Shown: positions 57,111 to 64,000 of the stretch, one piece after another
How the letters are laid out: each line of letters begins with the position of its first letter
Numbering within the stretch: position 1 is the stretch's first letter
DNA from: Gomphosphaeria aponina SAG 52.96 = DSM 107014
Lineage (GTDB): Bacteria > Cyanobacteriota > Cyanobacteriia > Cyanobacteriales > Gomphosphaeriaceae
Direction: 5' to 3'
NCBI GenBank assembly: GCA_016903655.1
Contig: JADQBC010000002.1
Location: forward strand, 12,078-76,077
Length of the DNA stretch: 64,000 nucleotides
Translations under genes and position numbers: made by a program
Notes under the pieces: generated by a model
The model's input: only the letters and a program-made list of their open reading frames with translations
What the model was told of the DNA's origin: nothing
Database searches by the model: none

Positions 57111-57959
57111 CTACAGAAGTTGTACATTGCTTTGACATTGAGGACAAAAATGAGAAGACCGCCCTCCTAATTTAATCCGAGTAATTGGAGTTGCACAAAC
57201 ACGACAAGGTTGGCCTGTACGCCCGTAAACCCAGGCTACACCACCATAGTTACCATTAACTCCCATAACATTGAGAAAATCACTAAAAGTTGTGCCACCA
57301 AAGTCAATCGCAGTTTGCAAAACTTCACGAATTGCCTTATGGAGAAGATCAATTTGTTTCTCAGTTAAATCAGAAGCGATCGCCTCTGGATTGATCCCAC
57401 TTTTAAACAAAACTTCATCTGCATAAATATTCCCAATCCCTGCCACAAATTCCTGTGCTAATAATAAATTTTTCATCTTCCGCTTACTTTTCTGAATTTT
57501 TTCTTTTATATATTCCACAGAAAACTCAGGCGAAAAAGGTTCAGGCCCCAATTTCAGCAAACCAGGAATAATTTTTTCTGGCACTTCTGTTGGCGGCACC
57601 CACCACATTTTGCCAAAAGTGCGAGTATCAACAAAGCGTAACTCTTGGTTATCCCCTAAAAATAAACGTATTCTAGTATGTTTATGCACAGGAGTATCTT
57701 GGTTCAGGTAAAAAAGTTGCCCACTCATACGCAGGTGAACCCCCAACCAACCCCCAGGAGAAAGTCGAGCAGACAAATACTTACCTCTTCTGTCCCAATA
57801 GGCGATCGCCGTTCCCTCTAAACCCTGCCAAAACTCTGCCACAGAAAAAGGGTAAGCAAGTGTGCGTTGCAGCAACACTTCCCCACCCCTAATTTCTTGA
57901 CCGAGGGTCAAAGCATTCAACCCCCGACAGACCGTTTCAACCTCAGGAAGTTCAGGCAC
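57111..57959 (-). CDS. mutM: formamidopyrimidine-DNA glycosylase
   Basis: N-terminal MPELPEVETV and a C-terminal zinc finger CRVCATPI...GRSSHFCPQCQ. Confidence 0.95.
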   Translation of the reverse strand: MPELPEVETVCRGLNALTLGQEIRGGEVLLQRTLAYPFSVAEFWQGLEGTAIAYWDRRGKYLSARLSPGGWLGVHLRMSGQLFYLNQDTPVHKHTRIRLFLGDNQELRFVDTRTFGKMWWVPPTEVPEKIIPGLLKLGPEPFSPEFSVEYIKEKIQKSKRKMKNLLLAQEFVAGIGNIYADEVLFKSGINPEAIASDLTEKQIDLLHKAIREVLQTAIDFGGTTFSDFLNVMGVNGNYGGVAWVYGRTGQPCRVCATPITRIKLGGRSSHFCPQCQSNVQLL

Positions 57960-57988
57960 AATGGATTATTTCCTCATCAAAAAGATTT

Positions 57989-58009
57989 ACCCACCTTAAC
58001 TAGGTGGGT
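57989..58009 (-). terminator. weak hairpin between psaE and mutM
   Basis: acccacc-ttaacta-ggtgggt is a 7-bp stem with T-rich flanks on both strands. Confidence 0.3.
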
Positions 58010-58027
58010 TAGTTTTCGATTCAGTAG

Positions 58028-58240
58028 TTATTTAACCTCTTCAAGTTCCTGTTCAGCGAAATTATTAGTGTTAACTCCAGTAGGACTACCACTAAAGCCA
58101 GTGTAGTTCACCTTGTCAAAGCGAACTATATAAGGATAGAGGATACCGCTCTTGTCAACACTAGCGACTGTGCCGACATCTTTATACCAATATGATTCTT
58201 TCCGAAGTATTCTAACTTTTGATCCGCGTTGAATAGCCAT
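58028..58240 (-). CDS. psaE: photosystem I reaction centre subunit IV
   Basis: [51 protein letters not shown]...[12 protein letters not shown] is canonical PsaE. Confidence 0.97.
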   Translation of the reverse strand: MAIQRGSKVRILRKESYWYKDVGTVASVDKSGILYPYIVRFDKVNYTGFSGSPTGVNTNNFAEQELEEVK

Positions 58241-58322
58241 AAACTGCTTTTATTTTAAATGACCTAGATAAAAGGTTACTACTCGAAAGGGACTTAATGT
58301 TGACTTTTTACTTTAAGTTTTA

Positions 58323-58937
58323 TTAAGTTTCTTGCCACCGCACCCGAACAAAGTTTGCCTTCCTGCCCCAGAAGTCTGATCCTGATCCGATCTCCCGCAC
58401 TTCTAAATTAAACGGAATGGAGGTAGTCAGGTATTTTTGGGCGTGCATGCCTAAATCTGGTGCTAATTGTGCTGCGGTGGTTGCTGCTACACCTAAACCA
58501 ATCAGTTGTGCAACCAGATTGCGCGGCAGCAGCAAATAAGCGCCTAAACTAAATCCTGCAGTCAAAACCATTGACACAGATAAATTTGTGCCACAACGGG
58601 GATGGACTGCTAAATTCCATTCTCCCGCTTTGAGGCGGCTGAGTGCTGTTTTCACTGCTCTTTGTACCTCAACTACATTGACGTTGCCATATAAATAAAA
58701 TCCCTGGTCAGTAGAAAGCCCCCCTAAACTTTCGTTATCCACTTGAGTACCTTCAGTTTCACTGAGAACCCACACCGTAGCGTGTTCGAGTGCGTGTACT
58801 TGACGCAGCATCAGGATTTCTTTTAGTCCAGGAATAAATCCTAACTGTTTGAGCAGCTCACTATCTTGTGTCGGTTGGGGAGTCAAAAAATCCCAGTCGA
58901 GGAAATTGCCAGAATTTGCTGTAGCAGAATTAGTCAT
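58323..58937 (-). CDS. conserved hypothetical membrane-associated protein with HxxEH and HPRCGT motifs
   Basis: 204 aa. It has VHALEHATV, HPRCGTNLS and two C-terminal hydrophobic helices. Confidence 0.6.
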   Translation of the reverse strand: MTNSATANSGNFLDWDFLTPQPTQDSELLKQLGFIPGLKEILMLRQVHALEHATVWVLSETEGTQVDNESLGGLSTDQGFYLYGNVNVVEVQRAVKTALSRLKAGEWNLAVHPRCGTNLSVSMVLTAGFSLGAYLLLPRNLVAQLIGLGVAATTAAQLAPDLGMHAQKYLTTSIPFNLEVREIGSGSDFWGRKANFVRVRWQET

Positions 58938-59022
58938 AGCTGGTTTTTGATAACGGGTATTACATTCTTAATTTCTACTTTACTCTTTTGGCTGAGGAAA
59001 TTGGGTAAATGTAAACGTTTCT

Positions 59023-59307
59023 TTAAGAAAGTACCTCCGAGGAGGAATTATTTTGCCGAGGTAAAATACAGCAGTTAACATCATTGAGGCAAACTTTACC
59101 CCACTGTAAAGCCCAGCGCACCAATTCTACTCGGTTTTCCGTGCTAGTCTTGGTGAGAATGTTGCTGATATGATTATCTACTGTTCTTTTACTGATTTCT
59201 AGCTTGGCGGCTATATCATTATTGGTTAATCCAGTGGCTACAAGCTCCAGAATTTCCATTTCTCTGGCTGAAAGAGAGGGGGGGTTGTTTAGATTACGAC
59301 TTGCCAT
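59023..59307 (-). CDS. small LuxR/GerE-type HTH transcriptional regulator (PedR-like size and layout)
   Basis: LSAREMEILELVATGLTNNDIAAKLEISKRTVDNHISNILTK is the GerE HTH. A stand-alone 94-aa protein with a Cys-containing tail. Confidence 0.8.
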   Translation of the reverse strand: MASRNLNNPPSLSAREMEILELVATGLTNNDIAAKLEISKRTVDNHISNILTKTSTENRVELVRWALQWGKVCLNDVNCCILPRQNNSSSEVLS

Positions 59308-59408
59308 CAGTATTTTTTCTCGAGTACATTTACTTATTCTTTTTTATATTAACCCTTTGGCAGATAGCAGTTACTTCGATTCAACTTTTCACCTTGCACT
59401 TTTACTTG

Positions 59409-59425
59409 AAAATGATTATCATTTT
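59409..59425. promoter_or_regulatory. Fur-family (probably Zur) operator upstream of folE
   Basis: Perfect 8-1-8 palindrome aaaatgat-t-atcatttt, 46 nt upstream of the folE ATG. Confidence 0.55.
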
Positions 59426-59470
59426 TGAAAGTGGGTTTAACCCATTATTATTGGTTTATCAAAAAATACA

Positions 59471-60112
59471 ATGACCTTATCTATAACCGAGCCAATTCAA
59501 ACGAAGTTACCCCCACTGACTACTGAATGCGAAACCCCAGTGACGGAAGAAGACATGAAGCAAGCAGTGAGAACATTACTACTGGGACTAGGGGAAGATC
59601 CAGATCGAGAAGGACTCAAAGACACCCCTAAACGAGTAGTCAAAGCTTTAAAATTCTTAACTGCTGGTTATCATCAGTCTCTTGATGAATTGCTCAATGG
59701 TGCAGTGTTTCACGAGAATACAAACGAAATGGTATTGGTGCGAGATATTGATTTGTTTAGTTCCTGTGAACACCACATTTTACCAATTTTGGGTCGCGCT
59801 CATGTAGCCTATATTCCCAACGGTAAAGTTATTGGACTGTCAAAAATTGCTCGTATCTGCGAAATGTATGGACGACGGCTACAGGTACAGGAACGCTTGA
59901 CAGTTCAAATTGCTGATGCTATACAGGGGTTACTTCAACCCCAAGGCGTGGCAGTTGTGGTAGAAGCTACACATATGTGTATGGTAATGCGTGGGGTACA
60001 AAAACCTGGTTCTTGGACATCCACCAGTGCGGTGCGGGGTGTGTTTGAAAGTGATGCTAAAACTCGACAAGAATTTATGAGTTTAATTCGCCATAATCCC
60101 ACTTTTCATTAA
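59471..60112 (+). CDS. folE: GTP cyclohydrolase I (type IA, zinc-type)
   Basis: [30 protein letters not shown] and [12 protein letters not shown] are FolE signatures, including the Cys/His/Cys zinc ligands. Confidence 0.93.
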   Translation: MTLSITEPIQTKLPPLTTECETPVTEEDMKQAVRTLLLGLGEDPDREGLKDTPKRVVKALKFLTAGYHQSLDELLNGAVFHENTNEMVLVRDIDLFSSCEHHILPILGRAHVAYIPNGKVIGLSKIARICEMYGRRLQVQERLTVQIADAIQGLLQPQGVAVVVEATHMCMVMRGVQKPGSWTSTSAVRGVFESDAKTRQEFMSLIRHNPTFH

Positions 60113-60113
60113 T

Positions 60114-60146
60114 TATTAGTCATTGGTCATTAGTCATTAGTCATTA
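60114..60146. repeat. STRR heptamer array (cattagt-type) interrupted by a MITE
   Basis: tattagt cattggt cattagt cattagt cat|ta. The periodicity resumes after the MITE at 60274. Confidence 0.8.
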
Positions 60147-60273
60147 AGTAGGTAGGCAAAATTATTTATACAATTTCTTACGGGGCGGGTGACAGGATAA
60201 CCTATGTTGCACAATCAATTATTGATTGTGCAAAACCCGCCCTCACCCATGTAATTAATTTTGTCTAATTACT
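60147..60273. mobile_element. 127-bp MITE, family A, copy 3 (TA duplication, inserted in a heptamer array)
   Basis: Same length and ends as copies 1 and 2, with a more diverged interior. TA at 60145-60146 and 60274-60275. Confidence 0.85.
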
Positions 60274-60287
60274 TAGTCATTATGATT

Positions 60288-61390
<1,103 letters not shown>

Positions 61391-61404
61391 TAAACTTTAA
61401 AAAA

Positions 61405-62313
61405 ATGACAGTTTTAAATTTATCTTCTTCTCTCGGTTCTCATACCCAAATTGGCGGCACGGTAGAGCATTTTTCCTGGAATTGGCAACAACAACAAGAG
61501 TTAAACTTAGTCTATGAAAAGTTAGGACAAGGAAACCCAGTTCTGTTACTTCCTGCTTTTAGTACGGTTTCGAGTCGCACAGAAATGGCGGGTATTGCTC
61601 GTTTATTAGCTGATAATTATGAGGTGTTTGCTTTAGATTGGTTGGGGTTTGGTGGTATGAAATGCGCTCCTCTGGATTATCAGCCCCCTCTCTATCATCA
61701 ATTATTAACAGATTTCGTTGTGGCTCGTTTTTCTGAACCGATTACCATTGTTGCGGCAGGTCATGCAACGGGCTATGCTGTGAAATTGGCTCAAACTCAT
61801 CCTGATGTTGTAAGTAAACTTGTGTTAATTGCTCCTACTTGGTGTGGTCCCCTGCGGGTGATGGGAGTTCCAACATGGATGAGACAAGGGGTAAAGAATT
61901 TAGTGCGTTCGCCTATTATTGGACAATTTCTCTATTATCTCAACACAACTCCTGGTTTTCTCCGTTTCATGTATAGTCGTCATGTCTATGTCGATCAAAG
62001 TAAATTAACCAAAGAATTTATCACAGAAAAACGACAAATTACCCAACATCGGGGAGCGAGATATGCACCTGTTGCTTTTGTTACTGGAGCAATTGACCCT
62101 GTTACCAGTCGTTCTGAGTTTCTTGAGTTAATTGAGTCTGTTTCTCTACCAATTTTGACCATTATTGCAAAACAAGCACCTCCTTATTCTCTCGCTGAAA
62201 TGGAGGCGATGGGGCAAGTAGCTAAGGTTGAAACTGTGCGACTTGCTGGCACTTTGGGTATCCATGAAGAAGAGTATGAGGCAGTTTATCAAGCTATTCG
62301 CTCATTTATCTGA
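61405..62313 (+). CDS. alpha/beta-fold hydrolase
   Basis: 302 aa with PVLLLPAF...DWLGFG and a nucleophile-elbow-like AAGHATGYA. Starts 14 nt after the hemB stop. Confidence 0.65.
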   Translation: MTVLNLSSSLGSHTQIGGTVEHFSWNWQQQQELNLVYEKLGQGNPVLLLPAFSTVSSRTEMAGIARLLADNYEVFALDWLGFGGMKCAPLDYQPPLYHQLLTDFVVARFSEPITIVAAGHATGYAVKLAQTHPDVVSKLVLIAPTWCGPLRVMGVPTWMRQGVKNLVRSPIIGQFLYYLNTTPGFLRFMYSRHVYVDQSKLTKEFITEKRQITQHRGARYAPVAFVTGAIDPVTSRSEFLELIESVSLPILTIIAKQAPPYSLAEMEAMGQVAKVETVRLAGTLGIHEEEYEAVYQAIRSFI

Positions 62314-62348
62314 AGGATTAGATGAAACTGGTGAAATTAATTACAAAC

Positions 62349-62741
62349 TTAAGTTAGTCGCGCACAAACACTTCGCCTTAACCAGTTGGTGAAGGTTTGG
62401 CGTTCCAATTCACTACTTGCTAACCCTAAAATAACTCGTTCTTGTTCATCCACTGAAGCGTTAATCTCCAGTCCATTCAAAATGAGAAAGGTTTCCATTG
62501 CAGCGTGAGATGTGCGCTTGTTTCCATCAATAAAAGGATGATTCATTACAATTGAAAATCCTAAAGTAGCAGCTTTATCAACAATTGTTGGATACAAATC
62601 CTCTCCACCGAAAGTCATACGGGGTTGAGCAATAGCAGATTCTAATGCACCTAAGTCACGTACCCCGAATGCTCCTTGAAACTGTGCAATGATTTGACGA
62701 TGCAAATTAAGTACTTCCACTAAGGTCAGATAACGTATCAT
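62349..62741 (-). CDS. doc: Doc (death-on-curing) / Fic-family type II toxin
   Basis: Fic motif HPFIDGNKRTSHAA. 130 aa. The start overlaps the stop of the upstream small gene by 4 nt. Confidence 0.88.
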   Translation of the reverse strand: MIRYLTLVEVLNLHRQIIAQFQGAFGVRDLGALESAIAQPRMTFGGEDLYPTIVDKAATLGFSIVMNHPFIDGNKRTSHAAMETFLILNGLEINASVDEQERVILGLASSELERQTFTNWLRRSVCARLT

Positions 62742-62935
62742 CTCAAACGACGGTACAGTTCAGCATTTTTTTCCAGTACATAGCTGACAGCTTGAGTAAA
62801 CTCCTTCTTGGGATCGCTTAACCACTCCTCTATGCTCCCACGCAACAAATCTTCAGGAGAGATACAACTTTCTTTAGCTAACTTTTCTAATTTCTGAAAT
62901 TGCTCATCTGGAAGATTGACAGTAATAGAAGCCAT
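62738..62935 (-). CDS. antitoxin of the Doc module (ribbon-helix-helix-like)
   Basis: 65-aa acidic protein MASITVNLPDEQFQKLEKLAKE..., translationally coupled to doc. Confidence 0.75.
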   Translation of the reverse strand: MASITVNLPDEQFQKLEKLAKESCISPEDLLRGSIEEWLSDPKKEFTQAVSYVLEKNAELYRRLR

Positions 62936-63013
62936 GACAATTTCCTCTAAATATTCTATTCAGAGATCATAACTCAAAATGACCATCCAGTTATGCTTCT
63001 GGACATTTACCTC

Positions 63014-63032
63014 AAAATGATTATGATTCTCA
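63014..63032. promoter_or_regulatory. Fur-family box-like sequence upstream of the COG0523 gene
   Basis: aaaatgattatgattctca matches the first 11 nt of the 17-nt folE palindrome (13 of 17 positions overall). Confidence 0.4.
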
Positions 63033-63051
63033 AAAAATTTGGCTAAAATAT

Positions 63052-63070
63052 AAGCATGATAATCATTCAA
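63052..63070. promoter_or_regulatory. Fur-family (probably Zur) operator immediately upstream of the COG0523 gene
   Basis: The core atgat-a-atcat (63056-63066) contains GATAATCATT of the classical Fur consensus. It lies 16 nt before the ATG. Confidence 0.5.
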
Positions 63071-63081
63071 AGTAATTAACC

Positions 63082-64000
63082 ATGGTTGCTGTAGAAGCCT
63101 TAAATACCGTACCTGTCACCGTTCTCACTGGATACCTAGGAGCAGGGAAAACAACCCTGCTTAACCATATTCTCACTTACGAACATGGTAAAAAAGTTGC
63201 TGTTATTGTCAACGAGTTTGGGGAAGTGGGAATTGATAACCAATTGGTCATTGATGCAGATGAAGAAATATTTGAGATGAACAATGGTTGTATCTGCTGT
63301 ACCGTGCGCGGAGATTTAATCCGTATTATCGGAAATTTAATGAAACGGCGGAATAAATTTGACCATTTAGTGATAGAAACTACTGGACTGGCGGATCCAG
63401 CGCCTGTGGTGCAAACTTTTTTTGTTGATGAAGATATGCGAGAAAAGTTATTACTTGATGCTGTGGTCACGGTGGTGGATGCAAAACATATTCACCAACA
63501 TTGGGAAGCGGATGAAGCGCTTGAACAAATCGCCTTTGCAGATATTATTCTCCTGAATAAAACTGATTTAGTTCCCCCAGATGAACTGGATGCTTTAGAA
63601 AAAAGAATCAGCCAAATGAATAAAATGGCAAAAATCTACCGCACCCAAAATGCAGAAATTGAAATGGATAACCTCCTGGGAATTAAAGCCTTTGACCTCA
63701 ACAATGCTTTAACAGTTGACCCAAATTTTCTTACAGAAAATGCTCACGAACATGATGACTCAGTATATTCTGTGGCAATTGTGGAATCAAAGCCATTAGA
63801 TCTGGAAAAATTAAATAACTGGGTGGGAAATTTACTCAGAACCCAGGGAGTGGATATTTTCCGCATGAAAGGTATTCTCAATATTGCTGGTGCAGAAGAA
63901 AGGTTTGTTTTTCAAGGGGTGCATATGCTGTTTGATGCTAACTTCGATCGCCTTTGGAAACCAGGAGAAACCCGCAAAAGTGAATTGGTCTTTATTGGCA
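63082..64000 (+). CDS. COG0523-family G3E GTPase (CobW/ZigA-like metallochaperone), 3' end beyond the window
   Basis: My own translation reads MVAVEALNTVPVTVLTGYLGAGKTTLLNHIL...NEFGEVGIDN...NNGCICCTVRGDL...ETTGLADP...LLNKTDL. It has the P-loop, the CxCC metal motif and NKxD. It is absent from the ORF track because there is no stop in the window. Confidence 0.9.
   Translation, partial: MVAVEALNTVPVTVLTGYLGAGKTTLLNHILTYEHGKKVAVIVNEFGEVGIDNQLVIDADEEIFEMNNGCICCTVRGDLIRIIGNLMKRRNKFDHLVIETTGLADPAPVVQTFFVDEDMREKLLLDAVVTVVDAKHIHQHWEADEALEQIAFADIILLNKTDLVPPDELDALEKRISQMNKMAKIYRTQNAEIEMDNLLGIKAFDLNNALTVDPNFLTENAHEHDDSVYSVAIVESKPLDLEKLNNWVGNLLRTQGVDIFRMKGILNIAGAEERFVFQGVHMLFDANFDRLWKPGETRKSELVFIG

Noticed and set aside
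59471-60112. folE as the zinc-independent FolE2 (type IB) paralogue typical of Zur regulons
   Set aside because: The sequence has the type IA hallmarks ([10 protein letters not shown] and HMCMVMRG zinc ligands), so it is a zinc-type FolE. The Zur hypothesis is retained but without this argument.

Overview
This 64-kb chromosomal window comes from a filamentous, Nostocales-type cyanobacterium. The assignment rests on psaE, crtP-crtB, menG, a plastoquinone-type ubiA, a COP23 gene, many TPR proteins and abundant heptameric STRR arrays. I support about 50 protein genes and one tRNA-Leu(GAG). I found no rRNA, no CRISPR array and no intact transposase. Housekeeping genes (rpmI-rplT, ppx, sdhA, mutM, psaE, folE, hemB) are interleaved with four accessory or poorly understood blocks. 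(1) 9.1-17.7 kb holds three recently duplicated Hanks-type Ser/Thr kinases. They carry unusual Ig-like plus polytopic-membrane tails or a beta-sandwich tail, and are interleaved with a pilin-like gene and a 2OG-Fe(II) oxygenase. A DUF642-RTX protein follows. (2) 28.3-34.9 kb holds a kinase, an M48 metalloprotease, an S1 protease-TPR fusion, COP23 and a second S1 protease. (3) 39.8-47.6 kb holds two tandem giant paralogues, each with 10 FG-GAP/VCBS repeats, a conserved beta-sandwich module and an ELWxxDG propeller. Only the upstream copy carries 3 cadherin modules, neither has a signal peptide, and the upstream copy has a MITE sitting exactly where its start codon should be. (4) 59.4-64.0 kb is a putative Zur-type zinc-limitation cluster (folE, Asp-rich Zn-independent hemB, a hydrolase, a COG0523 GTPase). 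It has Fur-family palindromes in front of folE and the COG0523 gene, and a Doc/antitoxin module inserted in it. At the nucleotide level the window is full of small non-autonomous repeats: a 127-bp MITE with TA target duplications (3 copies, two inserted into STRR arrays), a 125-bp MITE (2 copies), GGGGCGGG/CCCGCCCC-clamped palindromic units, and several heptamer arrays. No classical defence system or biosynthetic cluster is recognisable. The best candidates for undescribed biology are the giant FG-GAP/ELWxxDG pair, the kinase array and the COP23-protease cluster. All product calls come from motif reading by eye, with no database search.
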